Shown: piece by piece, positions 12,910-26,521 of the stretch
How the letters are laid out: each line of letters begins with the position of its first letter
How positions within the stretch are numbered: the first letter of the stretch is position 1
Assembly: GCA_051294375.1 (NCBI GenBank)
Contig: CM119266.1
Coordinates: 19,789,657-19,853,656, forward strand
Direction of reading: 5' to 3'
Source of the DNA: Paraspadella gotoi
Taxonomy: Eukaryota; Animalia; Chaetognatha
DNA length: 64,000 nucleotides
Notes under the pieces: generated by a model
Databases searched by the model: none
Told to the model about the DNA's origin: nothing
What the model saw: only the letters and a program-made list of their open reading frames with translations
Program-made: the position numbers and the translations under genes

Positions 12910-13820
12910 TCTCCTAAATTTTAATTACAAATATATACATATTTTCATGATTTATGTTTAGAATTTTTATTCTATTAGAAATTAGAAAAGTTAGCAGCTT
13001 ATTAGGCGCTAGGACTAAGTGGGGCTGAAAACTTCTAAACTTCTAAACATACTTATACTAACGAAGCTTGTATTGCAATAATAAAGTAATTGTGAACGTT
13101 AAAATTTTGTACCTTTTGTCCTATAATCGATAGAACATTGAAGATTACGCGGAGATTTTTGTAATTTAAAAAAGGGAGTGATTGATTGTGTTTGATTATT
13201 CTTTGAGAGTCATCGCATGTACCGAGATTAAGAATTAGTTAAAGATTACACATGGGAGTACAGGTACAATATTTTTTTATTAATGACCAATATTTCGATA
13301 CATTGGACCGATGATCTCCAGGGCCAAATGATTAGTTCTGTAAAGCACTTTCCAACTCATTTCATATTTTTAGGAAATCCCGTCTTCTGAGCAAAGAATG
13401 ACTAAGGAAAAATTTGCCGTCCCTCTAGTGGTAACGCATAGGAGTTTAACACTGAAAAATGAATTTGCTTAAGTTTTAGGACTTGTCAGTGATCCTTATA
13501 TTAATGTCAATGGTATTTAAAGTTATTTTATTCCTGTAAAAACGAAATAAAATATAATAGATTAGCCGGAGAATATAAAGATGCAGGAAAAGCGAAATAG
13601 TTACCCTTTTGTTTAAGAATAAGCCAAATTCTGTCGACTCATTCTTAATTTTTATTTCCTCTCGTCCTAGACCTAGAGGCATCTTTCGTCCCTCATCATA
13701 GTTATTATTATTATAATAAAATGGGTTTTCTTTTTTTAATTTTAGCGTAAACAAAACCAAGTATGTTACTATCCAATCAGTGAGAAGGAAAGTTAAACTG
13801 TAACTTATGGGCTTTGTAAT

Positions 13821-14060
13821 ATGAAATTGGTACAACCAATATAAAAATTATCCATTCATTTAATAAATAAGCTATCTTGCCCCTGACTTTGGACAGGCTT
13901 TGGTGGTTTAAGGCCTCCATCACTCTTACAAGATAATGACATAGCAGGTCCCTGCAAGTTTTCAATCAAGACTCTTTCACAGTCTCGTTTATTCACTCCC
14001 AGAGTACCTGGCTTCCCTATCAATGAAGTGGAAAATATTTCAAAGAATGTTTCAATTGTA
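13821..14060 (-). mobile_element. Dispersed repeat family A copy
   Basis: Reverse complement of part of 33150-33395, ending in GAATGGATAATTTTTATATTGGTTGTACCAATTTCAT. Confidence 0.75.
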
Positions 14061-14374
14061 TAACTTTCTAAACATTTTTTAAAGAACTTTTATATAAAAA
14101 AGTATCAATATTAATATCTTTTAAAAGTTTTTGAAAATTTAAAAAAAATGACATATTTGAGAATATTATAATTATGTAATTATGTAATTATGTAATTAAA
14201 CTCCATGCTCCAGCTTTAACTTTGGCATATTACCGCCAAGTGTGCAAAAAGTAACTCAGGATGATTAGATCGTACAACTGAAACAAAAAAATCTAAAGTT
14301 TAGTGATTTCGCCAATTAAATTGACTTCTAATGATAGTTACACGATTAATTGATGCGATATGACGCCTCGCTGA

Positions 14375-14500
14375 CTTGCGACGTAATAGCATATTGGGCT
14401 AATACTTTATCTCCAAACCCATGAGTCCCCGGTTCTAGCCCAGGTTTTCGCAAAGGAATCCTTGGTTCTGTTGCCCAATAAGCTAGTGGCCAAATTGAGC
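14375..14500 (+). mobile_element. Degenerate tRNA-derived SINE head (family E)
   Basis: GTAATAGCATATTGGGCTAA...CCAAACCCA...CCCGGTTCTAGCCCAGG with a B-box-like motif; related to copies at 25.8, 32.5, 37.6 and 48.6 kb. Confidence 0.5.
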
Positions 14501-15134
14501 ATAATTTCGAGAAAAAAAAAACTGTTAGCCATAAATTTGTCATTATTATTATGTAATATTAATATTGTGTAATAATCATGACGTTGTTGGCTAAGTTACT
14601 GTCAACTTATTGATTTTCTTTGCATCTCTCTCATCTCTCTCGTTCATCGACTCAATTCGTCGTCGGAATCGCTGGGACTCTCGAAAAATTCCTGGATGTG
14701 GAAGAAGAGATAATTCATGTTTGTCAGATATTTAAGGAAATGTTTCTATTCACTGATTCACTGACACTTATTCAAACTTGAAAAAAATTACTCGTGATTT
14801 TATAGCTTAGTTCTGAGGCGACTTACCACCGGTCTCAATTCACAATTCACAATTCTTCACCTTCTCCTCACTTTTATTATTATTATTTTCGTCTTCTACA
14901 GTTCTTTTACTAAGCAGAGTGCCCTTTTGGTGCGAGTACTCGCGGCGCAACTTAAAAGCATAGGTAAAGTAAATTGTTAGAGATTTAGAAAAAAAAAAGA
15001 AAGAGAGAGAAAGAAAGCAGTCAAAACATAATGAAACCTAACAGATTTTTTAATTGATCAATTAAAAAATCTATCAATCAATCATTTAATCAACTGATCG
15101 ATCAGACAATCAATCATTTCATTTGAAAGAGAGG

Positions 15135-15648
15135 GAGAGAAACTTTAAAACTACAAAACATTTTAAGTGAATGTGACTTTTGTTTTTTCTATTTAAACAC
15201 ATTTTCACTCGCACGATTCCATCGAAACTTAATATCGAGCTCAATCATATACTTTCTTACCCACTTACAAAATTTTATCTCAAGCCATCCATCCAATTAT
15301 GAATAATTGGAATAATTATATGTAAATATAAGTAACAAAAATTCAAGTAAACTCATTTCCACTCGCACGATTCGACCAAAACTTTATATCAAACTCAATT
15401 ACACACTTTTCTACCTCATTTAAAATTTCATTTTATTCCATCCGTCAAATAACGAGTACTTGGAGTTTAAACACAAGAGGGGCGCATGGATGGACGGACG
15501 GACCTAATTTTTTTCGCATAACTTTTAATAATTCGATCTTCTAAAATGATTTAAGTGACAGATCGACCAAATTATATGGGGGGACCGACAGACCGGCAAA
15601 GTGGATTAAATAGAGTCAGAATCTGCGATAAGCAGATCCGACTAAAAA
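15135..15648 (-). mobile_element. HINE-like element, family C
   Basis: Colinear with 34835-35341. Terminal hairpin AGTCAGAATCTGC-GATAA-GCAGATCCGACT, internal GGAC/GACC microsatellite, and an internally duplicated CGCACGATTC block. Confidence 0.65.
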
Positions 15649-16264
15649 TCTAACATGTTTTTAGCACTGTAAAAAAGATTTTAGCTATTTTTTTAGCAGA
15701 ATTTAGCGCACGGCCGAGTCAGTTCAGTCTCAGCCGAGTTGCCCATGAGGTGATTGGCTGATTAAACTACCGGTAGCAATACTACCTCCGGTTCCGAAGT
15801 TCCTTAAATCAAGTCTTGATTCAAGGCAACTAACCTGGGGGCTATCCAGTATCCAGTGTATCCACACCGTCCGAGGGTAAGCTTGAGAGAATAAAAATTT
15901 AAAAGAGACATTTTATTGGTAAAAACAAATTGTACTGAAATAAAAAGCAAGAAATGGGTATTTGAACGTTTTGCTATTAGCATTATTTATAAATAAATAA
16001 TCACCTTTCGTCTTCAATTAGAACTAAAGCACAAATTCAGTCATTGCCATTAATTACAACTCGCTTACCATCAGATATTCCGCTTCTACCTCCTCCTCCT
16101 CCTCCTCCTCTTCCTCTTTCCGACTGATAACGCGTGCGACGCTTTTTTCTTACCTATTACTCAAGAGTGACACGCCCTAGGAAAGTATGATAATTATAAA
16201 ATTAAATAAAAAAGCCAAAACAGTATGTTAGAAAGGAAGCTGTTTTAGACGAAAACCCCCACTT

Positions 16265-18829
16265 ATGGAAGTAAATAACCAAGTTAAAATCGAATCGGGT
16301 TTGTGTGCCACGCCTATGAATCACGCCGGGGGAGCCTCTTCGACATCTCAGTTGAAGCAGGGAGCAAGCTTACCCTGTATTGTCAAGAAAACGGTACTAC
16401 TCATTAGGTCGTTTTTGTGGACACCGATTTTTGTCGCTAAATGGATTTTCGCTGAAGCTTTGGGTCTGAAGGTCAGTAAAAGGCGTTTAGGTATTAATTT
16501 TATCAATCGGTTTGATATCTAGATAAAATATTTTTGGTTAAGCGAATTGGTACTGATTTTGGAAATACTCATATTTACAAACCGTAACTATTAAATAAAA
16601 TTCTATTCATAAAATTTCAAAAATTCTATTCTTCAGAATCTTTTACATTGCTTCAGAAGTTTGAAAAAATACCACGTTAACTCAGATGGATACATGATTT
16701 ATGAATTGACGTTGAAAGAACAATTCAATCTTTGGATGCGCAAGGGTAACAATTTGTAAAAAAAAGTTTTTTTATGTTTTTCTTACGTTTTTCACGTTTT
16801 AGTACTTCTAATCGTATTACATTAAATTCTTTTTGACGGTAACAATTGATGTTTATCATTATACTACGCTCCTCACTGCCATTAGTAAATCGACTCAACG
16901 ATGCATCCCTATTAGAGTGGGTCAATGAAAAATTAAACATTGACAAGACCGGCGTCAGGGTTATTAACTTTTCAAGTTCCTGGACTGACGGAATCCGGTT
17001 ATGCAGGTGAAACAGAAGTGAGGTTTTTTTTTTCTCGAAAAAATAGAGTATAACTATGTAAAGGGCGATCAATAAAATCTGATACATATACTGATGCCAT
17101 GAGGGAGGGACACTGGGTGGCGAAACCAATTTTTTATTTTTTAAAAAAAGCTGTGAAGGTAGGACAATAAGACATCATAGTAAGGACATATGTCATAGAA
17201 TATAGTTTACTAATCTGCCAAGTATTAACTAAAATAATTCAGTATTTCATGAATTATGCCGTATTGAACGTTTGGTCATGTAATAACTTTTTTAAGCGAT
17301 CACGAAACTGCACAAGTATGATAAATATGCACATTGAATGTCTTACTATATAATATAAATTTAATTAATGCATTATTACTCAGTTAATACTCGCGTTATG
17401 ATCTTTTAAGTATGATATTTGATAAACCAATAGTCAGACATGTAGTCGGGCATTGCCTAGGTTCACTACAGACATACCGTCTGACCAACCGATACCCAAG
17501 TGTCTTATAGAGTTGTTTCGCGAGTACAAGCGGCGCAACTAAAAAAATTTTCTAAACAATGTGCATGTGATGTCTCTTTAACAATTAAATACGTATATTT
17601 GTAGATTGGTAGACGCGATAGCGCCTGGCATCAGTTCTCGTCCGGACCATCTCTCTCCAAGCAACCGACTGTTTAATTGCCGACTCGCCCTGACCATGGC
17701 GAAAAATAATCTCAGAGTGGGTGAGGTTAGTAAAGAAAAGCGCAAGCTGAAATCGTGTCTAGCGAATTTACACATTTACATGTTTTAACAATCCAAGTTT
17801 TCCGAGTTATAATTACTTAATATTCAAACTTCGATCATTTCTTTTTTAGTTGCAACTCTATAAGTCACTTTTCGGTTCGTCTGTCCGTCTGTCTGTCCCA
17901 TTTACGTTAATGCTTTATCAATTAAGTTCATATTTGGTATGAAGGTAGGGCACCGTAAGACCTTTAGCATGCTTATATATCTTAAAAATCGATCACATGA
18001 CCCAAAATATAATGTGCTTATATTGGTTGCTATCGTGTCGAAAATATATGGAAATACACGTAATAAGAAAGTCACTGCGGCGCAACACACATTGGCATCT
18101 CCGTTCTCGTTCCATAGATCATTCGGGCCGAAGACGTGGGCAGGCCCTCCAAGGTTTGTACCATAAAGATGCGTCTGTTGCTCCAAGTGTTACGCCATGT
18201 AGATAAATTACGCAATACGGGCAAAGGTGATGACGACGTTGAGTCAGGCAGCGGCGGCGGCGGCTCTAAGTGAGTAGGTCTTTTATATTAGCATAGTTTT
18301 ATATTATATTGTCTAAATCGCCTTTGTGATTGCAGGAGACTAATGCCAACTACATAGGTTAATTTCTGCATCTTTCCCCGATTCCAGGCTCTTCGCAATT
18401 TCTTTTCGAAAGACGTTGAAAGCGAGTAGCGAAGAGAATCCAGACGCCGGGCAGCAGACGCCAATCCTGCGAAAGGTGCTTGGGTCAGAAGCTTCGAAAT
18501 GCGCTGTCACTGCGCGGGTCGTTGGTCGATCGCAAAGCGGAGATTTAGAAGAGAAAAACTGTAGGTATGGTGGCTCGGTGATCATAATTTTTGCACCTAT
18601 AACTACTTTAAATTCAAGAAAAAAATTAAAATTTAATTTTTAATAATTAGTTATTGTTTTTTTTTCTTTTCGTTGGTTGAATTTATTAGGAGAAAATATT
18701 GATTTTTCGCAACGAATTTTTTTTAAACATTATTACAGACATGTTTCGAATAGTCATTCTATTCATCATCAGTGTAAAAAACGATTTGTGAATCACTAGT
18801 TTTAGGCAATGTTAAAGATGAGTTTGAGG

Positions 18830-18886
<57 letters not shown>

Positions 18887-21800
18887 GCGAAAAATCAATC
18901 TTTCCTCCTAATAATTAGTTAATAATTACCCAAAATTATTATTAAAAAACATGTGTATTGAATTTTATATGACTAATATGATTTTAGCATATATATTTTT
19001 AGCGAATCGCCACAATACCTAAATAAATTACAATCAGAGCGACCATTAGCAATACAACCATAAAAACCATAACAACCACAGAACCCAACGCAACCACAAC
19101 AATTACTAAAACACTTAGTGTGGGAGCAAGCCAAACCGTAAACTGACTTAATTTAATTGATAATTGGTAAACAGGTGATGCACCATGAGACGCTTGTGCA
19201 CACGAGTACCTGGGAAATAAAATAATCCCTCGAAGTGCGAATACATGAACAAATCCTAAATGGTTTTAAATATGGCATATATAGGATCTTTGATTACATT
19301 ATAATTACTGTTCCCACGGATTTCATATGCACTTCCTCTTTCACAGATTAGCGGGTGTTGGACTCATGATCGGTTTAACTGGTAAAGCGTCTCGCTTCAC
19401 TGTCTCCTTTAACTCTTCGACCAAAACTGTCTGTGAACTCGTGGTCGAAATAAAGGGACCGCGCGGCGAACACACCAAGGAGGTCTTTAAAGGTTGGATT
19501 AGAGCCGGAAAAATGGTAAATCTCGAAGAATGATAAGATTTGACTGTGGTGACTAGTTATGTGTTGAATAAATGCTAACCCACATTTGATAGCTGTAAGT
19601 GTAATATCTACAATCTCCGTGCTTTTTGCTCCCCTGTTTTGGTGCCGAGGATGACAACAGTGACATTCAATGATTCATGGAAGCTCATTTAAAAATAATC
19701 AATTAACATTTCTTTTCTATTTTTTAAAAGAAAACGACCTGACGGAGTGCGGCCCTCCCGGGCATCGACTGCGCAGGTCGCCTTCGATCCATGAGGCGCT
19801 CAGCACATCTCTCTCACTTCGTCGTCCATTGTTGCAGCCGCCGCTCGCCATTCCCCTCGACGTTATTGTCCTCAAGGACGATGCGGTTAAAATTGACAGT
19901 TGTGAACTTCATAGCGAAAACTGGACCGCGTCAGCTGGGCATGACTGTACCTGTCAAAAGGGCGCCCTTCTCTTTGCCTTCACTCCACAGACAACTGGAA
20001 GATTCGTCATAGAAGTCCAATGGAATGGGAAAGTCGTTTCTGGATCGCCTTTTAAAGTAAAAATTTGTTTTATGATAGGAAAAATGATAATGATGATATT
20101 TTGTTTTAGATTCCAAACATTTATCTCGTTTTAAAAAAAGGTTGTGATTTTGGATTCTATGGAGGAACTGAAAAGAGAGATGCATGGCAAGATACTCAAG
20201 ATGAAGACTTCTGCACTTTACAACTTCCCGAGGATTTGTGAATACGATGGCAAGTCGAATCAATATGTGGACGGCGCTCTCCAACAAGAAAAGCGATCGG
20301 GGTCTTTCAATCGTCACGCGACTCTCGCCAACATGCACGGGCTTGTCAGGATGTCCCAAACGACCTCGCGCTTGCACACCGTCTCTGTCCGTAGCCGAAA
20401 AATCCTAAAACGCGTCACCACTAAAGCCGGCGGCCACGAAATAGTTCTTGCCGCCAACCAGAACATCAAAATGTACGTCTTATTCTAGATGAAAGTTAAA
20501 CAGAAGTAAAATCAGTGGCTGGTTTTAAATGAACTGCTATTGCAGTCAGGGGCGGCGAGAGTGGGGGTTTCATTCGCCCGGGATGGCCCTGAGAAGAGAG
20601 AAAAAAAAAGAAGAAGAAAAAAAAGAAGAAAAAAGAAGAGGAGGCAGAGGTTTGAGCACTGGAGCAAAAGGTCCTAAAAACTAAAATTATGGAGAGCAGG
20701 GGGGCCCGGCCAGGGGGCCAGTGGGAGGGCCCGCCATTTCTCTCGCCGCCCCTGATTGCAGTTTAAAAATATGAAAAACTTCCAGATTGATGATAAAAAG
20801 TATATATGTGAAAAAATTTACGATCGACCATGTACGATCCACGATCGATCATCCACATTCCACAATCCAAGAATAAAAATTTATAATTAGACTATATATA
20901 ATTTTACAATTATTTTATACATAATAATTATTTTTAACAAATTTAAAAGGAGTTTTGTTGGACTGAAAAAGCTCTTAATTTTTAAGTTACAAATAAACAA
21001 GCATTGTCCTTCCAATGTGTTGCGTCACATGTTGCTTTCCATTGTATTTCTGAGTGACGACGAACAGGGATTGGCAGTGGTGAAAAAATCGATCGCTTCT
21101 ACATCCCTGCCCTAATCACTACCCAAAATTCTAACTAAATCCTTAACCCTTAAACTAATCTTTAAACCTAATCACTGGCCTCATAATACGTACAAACATG
21201 TGAATTGACTGAAAAGTTTTTTAACAGAATGAGTTTGGATGTTCCATTGGAAGTGAATAAAGGAGACTTCCAGAAAGGATGCGATGAGCTGAACCATCCA
21301 ACGAAAGAGGTAATTTTTAAAAGGCGAGTCGGAACTCTTATGTGAATTGATATAATTTGTTTTAATTTTAAAGTTTAAATGTAGCAAAATATCAAAACAC
21401 ATTTACTTGGTCACTGTATCAATGGTTTGAATATTCTTCCAGAAACTAAAATCCCAACAAAACCTTCAATATCCACCATGTCGTCCGAAATTGGCAGAAA
21501 TACATTATAAAACTGTAAGAATCGACTGTTTTATTAGAAAATTTAACAATGAAAAAAGTCTAATTTTGTTCATTAATCTTATCAGACGACGAAACGTTCA
21601 CGATCCATGCCTATTATATTGACTGGATGGACGGCCTTTGACATTGATACAGAAAAAGGTTCGCACCCTTAAGCTTGAATAACAAGTTATAAATTGACAT
21701 TAAAATTTACCAAAACATTTCCACAAATAAAATTCTTTATTGTTAAAATAATATTTAGTCCAGTTTTTCATCTTCAGGATCTGAAAAAATGAGCGTAAAA

Positions 21801-24565
21801 GAAATGGAGGAACAATCTATCGAAGCGCAGAGAAATAATGAGAGACACAAGAATATATCGTCGGAATATTTAACGAAATGGGTATTCTATTTTGCGACTT
21901 TTGAATTCTAGACTGGGAGAAAAAAAAGCTTATATTATAAGCTTTTTTTTAAGCTTTTTTATAAGTTATAAATATATAACTATTATGTATTTAATGATAC
22001 ATTTTTTAATTGTTTTTTGTGGTTTTTAAACGATGACTATAATTAATTTTGGGTCATTTTAGGCAAGCACAAATTGAGTTCTAACTTTTTCTTCACTTTC
22101 ATCCCTAAGATCTTTCAAATTCCATAAAATATAATTTATGAATTTTTTTTGTTCTATGCTAAGAGGGAACTAGCCGTTGGTGGTACGAAAATGTCCTACG
22201 TGAATCGGCTAAAAAGCATGGGTGATTCTGCAAGATTGAGTTCTGCAAACTACGATACATCTTCCCAGAGCACACACATACGTCCCTTCAGGCCAGAACT
22301 TCAAAAAATGACAAAACTGACAGAGGGAGAAAGCCAAGAGATTGAGGAATACTCGGGTAAGCTACACATTTTATCGAAATTAAGAAACACGAATGGAGAT
22401 TCCAATGTGTTGCGCCACAGTGATTTCATTTTTATATGTATGACATAATATGACATGACTAAAAAACTTTTTTAGCCCGTATATTTATGACATGTACTGC
22501 ATCGGAATCTTTTATTCCTTTTAGTTTTAAGATTTCCTGAAAGCGGCGCTCGCAGTCACTTAGATTTGAGGTTTTTTATATCTTAACAAATGACCGATGG
22601 ACAGAAATACCGACCAACAGACAGACCGACCGAAAAGTGACTTATATAGTTGCTCCGCGAGTACTCGCGGCGCTACTAAGGATGCATATATCAAGGCAAC
22701 AGCCGGGCTGCCTGTAACGCACAGCTGGGTGGTGTTTCTTAACTGTTGGCGTCTTTGGTCACTCGGTCGATACTGCTACTCTGTAGGCTACAGCAGCGGC
22801 GGTTACACCAGTAACAGTATCGTCATGCTTTGCCAAAGCATATTCAGAAGTGGATAGAACGCACAGCTGGGATGGCGCGTTCCCCCAAAGAGCCACTGGG
22901 ATTGGCCGAAGGAAGGAGGCGAAGTGGAGTCAGTATGCCGCCACTGGCGGTCTACCAGTATATTTAAAAATTTTTTTTTCAATCGTTTTTAGGGCCTGAA
23001 TTAAGCCAAACTTTGAGCTCTCAGCAAGGATGCAGGGTGATTGACTGCTCTGAAATCACGGAAGGGCATAATGAAGAAATAAAAAATAACCAGGATTGCA
23101 AGAGGGAAGTGGGTAAAATTGGACGTCAGTTGCTGGAGAAGGCAACTCAAGTTAGTTACAATGAAATCAAGAAAGAGACGAAGTGGGATTCGGAACATAT
23201 GTTGGAGACGAGATATAAACGAAGTAAAAAAGAAAAAAAACTGCTCAAGGTAAAAAACGTAAACCATTCGAAATATTGACTTAATTCAAGAACAAATTGA
23301 CCGTTCCCCCTTTCTGAATAAAATTTTAGAAATTTTAATTTTACATAAATGATTTTCTGACAAGAATGATATATTGATAATTGGACTCTTCAATCAATTT
23401 TGAGAAGACAACAGTAACCTCACTATTTTATCAACCCCCCCCCAAGGTGATGATGTCTTTCATGAACAAAGGAAATCTTTCACAAAACAAAACCACTGAG
23501 CTGGGTACGGGTCTAGAGAAGTCGAAGTTTCAGTTCCAACAATTCCCCGACTGCGTCACCGAATATGAGAAAGACAACCGAAGATTCAAAGAATTGGAAA
23601 AACACTTTCGCGCCTTCAGTCGTGATCCCCCGGTGAGAGCGCCTCTGTCATTACGTAGAGGTCGCCCATCAAGTATCGATGAGAAGGCGTATCATAGGTC
23701 CCTCAGCTTGGGTTCCTCGTTTGGTCGCCACTCCAGCCTTGGTGGTCCTACAGCATTGACGAGCGGAGACGAGCCGCCGCCAACTTCGGACGTTGGAGAC
23801 AAGGCCCTGCGCATACGCTCATGGGTGCTACAGAGCGGTTTACGGGCCGGACAAGGGTCTAGGGAATCCGAGAGCGATGATGAAGGAGAGCCAAAAGAGT
23901 CTACGTATCAAAAAGGGACGGAATTGGAGGACATCTGCGAAGAGTTGGGTGGATCCTCGTCTAGGGACGGGCCAAACACGTCATGCGCGGATTTCAACAC
24001 TCCCAAAGCCTCAAATGCAAGTTACGGAATGCCTGCGCCCTTATTGAGGGGAAAATCCAAGAACGCCTTGCGACAGCGGAACAAAGATTTAAGGAGAGAC
24101 AGTGTCATTGGAGTTGCGGAGACAGTCCAGCGAACGAGGCAACCGACACAGGACAGTGGCATTTCAGCCCCGAGTGAATTCAGTGAGTGCCAGACCAAAG
24201 GTTCGCTGGAGGCACAGCTTATTCTCCATGTCTCAGAGGGCTTAAAGGTAGAAAATAATGCCGGCAGCGGCGCTTTTTGGAACAGTCAAGAGGCAACAGG
24301 TGGCGTGGGGGATCCAAGCATATTCGAGGATGAAGTGGAAACTGGAACTATGGAGAGCAGCATCGCAAGCGACGAGACTGACAGAGCTCAAGAGCGACTC
24401 TTGGCTCTACGTCGAAGGCTGCTGGCTAGTCATGGCTCCAAGATTCAGTCAAAGCAGATGATAGAGACACTTTCAAAGCTACCATCTTTGACGTCTGAGG
24501 AAGGGAAGCAGTCTTTGAAATCTACTTTATTTAATCGGAGGATCAGTTGCCCTGAAATGAGGTGA
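16265..24565 (+). CDS. Protein with one calponin-homology domain, one filamin Ig repeat and a long low-complexity C-terminus (~1196 aa)
   Basis: Sixteen phase-consistent GT-AG exons: 16265-16471, 16637-16745, 16886-17006, 17605-17725, 18118-18269, 18388-18564, 19347-19492, 19731-20056, 20141-20472, 21228-21309, 21443-21514, 21586-21658, 21778-21881, 22164-22356, 22993-23249, 23447-24565 (3591 nt). Filamin CH2-like LLEWVNEKL...VINFSSSWTDGIRLCRLVDAIAPG; filamin repeat GVGLMIGLTGKASRFTV...VEIKGPRG...FTPQTTGRFVIEVQWNGKVVSGSPFKV. Confidence 0.82.
17843..18111 (+). mobile_element. HINE/Helentron-like element, family B
   Basis: Begins TTTTAGTTGC, has a (GTCY)n tract CTGTCCGTCTGTCTGTCC, a 3' subterminal GCGGCGCAAC, and ends CCGTTCTCGTT. 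Confidence 0.7.
18733..18777 (-). ncRNA. Minimal type I hammerhead ribozyme motif
   Basis: Minus strand: UUACA-CUGAUGA-U-GAAUAG-aauga-CUAUUC-GAAAC-AU-GUC^-UGUAA. Complete core, 5-bp stem I, 6-bp stem II, palindromic ACAUGU stem III. Confidence 0.85.
18826..18884. repeat. (GA)n microsatellite
   Basis: Read directly; lies between the inverted arms flanking the hammerhead. Confidence 0.95.
20547..20754. mobile_element. hAT-type MITE (208 bp)
   Basis: Perfect 15-bp TIRs CAGGGGCGGCGAGAG / CTCTCGCCGCCCCTG and a perfect 8-bp TSD ATTGCAGT (20539-20546 and 20755-20762). Confidence 0.92.
22383..22680 (-). mobile_element. HINE/Helentron-like element, family B, near full length
   Basis: Terminal hairpin AGTTGCTCCGCGAGTACTCGCGGCGCTACT, GACC/GACA microsatellite, and opposite subterminal repeat GTTGCGCCAC. 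Confidence 0.75.
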
Positions 24566-25769
24566 ATTTACCGACTCTCTCTTTGAAAATTCCAATGTTA
24601 TTTGTTTAACTATCTTTAGTTTTTATGATGTATAGCTTATTTATTAAATGAATGGATAATTTTTATATTGGTTGTACCAATTTTATAATATATTTGTAAT
24701 GAGTCTGATTATTAGGAAGAGGTCAAATTGAAACTTCTTTGATTCTTTTTTCTACATCTGATGATTAAAAATTACTTAAAATTGAAGCAAAAATAAAAAT
24801 TAGGTAATGAACATATAGCATTTTTTTTCTTTGAGGAATTTGAATCTGTTCTCAGAATTTAACTTTTTTTAAAAATTTTGACATTATATAGTATTACAAA
24901 ATAAGCTGATTCGGCTAAAATAGCAGTAAAAAAACGAAAACTGAATATAGATTAGTATTCACTAAAAAGATAGAGTGAGAGAGTCTTGATTGAAAACTTA
25001 CAGGGACCTGATGGAGGCCTTAAACCGCCAAAGCCTTATTTCTTAAATGAATGGACAGTTTTTATATTGGTTGTACCAATTTCATTGTTTTTTAGAATTG
25101 TTAAATTTTAATTACAAACTTTCACTTCACCCTCATGGTCATTTGGCAATCTTCATGAATTATTATTATATCCGTGTTCGGTTAACATTTTCAATCTTCA
25201 ACCAGAGAAGTGCTTGGTCGCTGACGCCATTTCCTAAACAAGCCGCGGATGAGTCTAATTTTAGACTTTTAAAAAAGTTTCATGACGAGAATTTGAGAGA
25301 CCGAAAGGCCGACATCGAATTATAATCCGAATCTAAGGAGACGAGAGTAGATCCTCATGAAACCATGAAATAAAATTTCAAACCAGAAAAATAAAACCGT
25401 TTCTTTTAGCAAATCTTGATCTCCATAATCAGTCGAGTACTGAAACGAATAGAATTAATTGCAGTCTTTCAATTTATATCAATTTAACATAAATAAAACG
25501 TCTTCATAGGTTTTGTTATTGGTGCGAGCGGTATAAAAAAAAATTTTCGTCATAAATCTATTCTTTTTTTTGGGGGGGGGAATTTTTGAAACAACTTTCA
25601 TCCTTTTTTAAACTTTTTTAAAACTGTCAAAAAAACCTTGGATTTCTTCCACAAAATACTTCATAGGTCTCGTTACAGATCTAGCAACGATTAGGAAAAG
25701 CAACGTTTAATAAAATCCGACTTTATTTTATTGGTTAGTTTTGTAGTTACGAAATATAACTATAACTAT

Positions 25770-25950
25770 GACCGTCAGCAAAGTAAGTACATAATAGCGC
25801 ATTGGGCAGTATCCCAGGTTTTTAGCCCTGATCGGAATTATTCTTGCGAAAGCGTGACGGGCTAGTTGAACCACCATCATAAGGCTACCCCCAGAAGTTC
25901 CGGAAAGCTAGGCAACTGACCGAAAAATTGTCCATGTCCATACCGTCAGT
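25770..25950 (+). mobile_element. SINE family E copy
   Basis: AATAGCGCATTGGGC...GTTCCGGAAAGCTAGGCAACTGACCGAAAAATTGTCC matches the reverse complement of 32375-32535. Confidence 0.55.
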
Positions 25951-26521
25951 GTGGTATTATATTATTATATGTATCATTATATTATATTATATGGCGACCC
26001 CTTATTTTTACGGTCACTAACCTTTTGTTTTTTTTTTTAATTTTCTAGGAAAAACATCCCTAAAAAGAATGGTAACTACTGAAGCGACAAGGGCAAAGTG
26101 ACCGTGGGGACTGACCGGCGCGGAGAAAGAGGAGAGAGGAAGGGTTTAGAGAGAGAGACCGATCATAAATCGCCTCACTAACTAGCAATGTGGAAAATGT
26201 AGACGAGTTATAAAACGAAAAAATTGGCAGTTTCCCTTGAATTAGAAGAACGTTTGAAAAAATGATTACTCAGAATAAAGGGAGGTATTAAACGGTGCAA
26301 TAAATAATCAAGAAAGTTTTAAAACTTCACAATGATGTTAATTTCATGTAAGTTAGATTAGGACTGCCCCGTTTCTACTCTCATCTCTCTAATACTACTT
26401 ATTATGATTGTCCCAATCATATCTTCAGTTTCAATATTAAAAAACATACTTTGATACTATCAAAGGGCTAATTTTTTTATAGAATCAGAAAAAAATAATA
26501 AGTAGTAAACTCGAGCAGACT

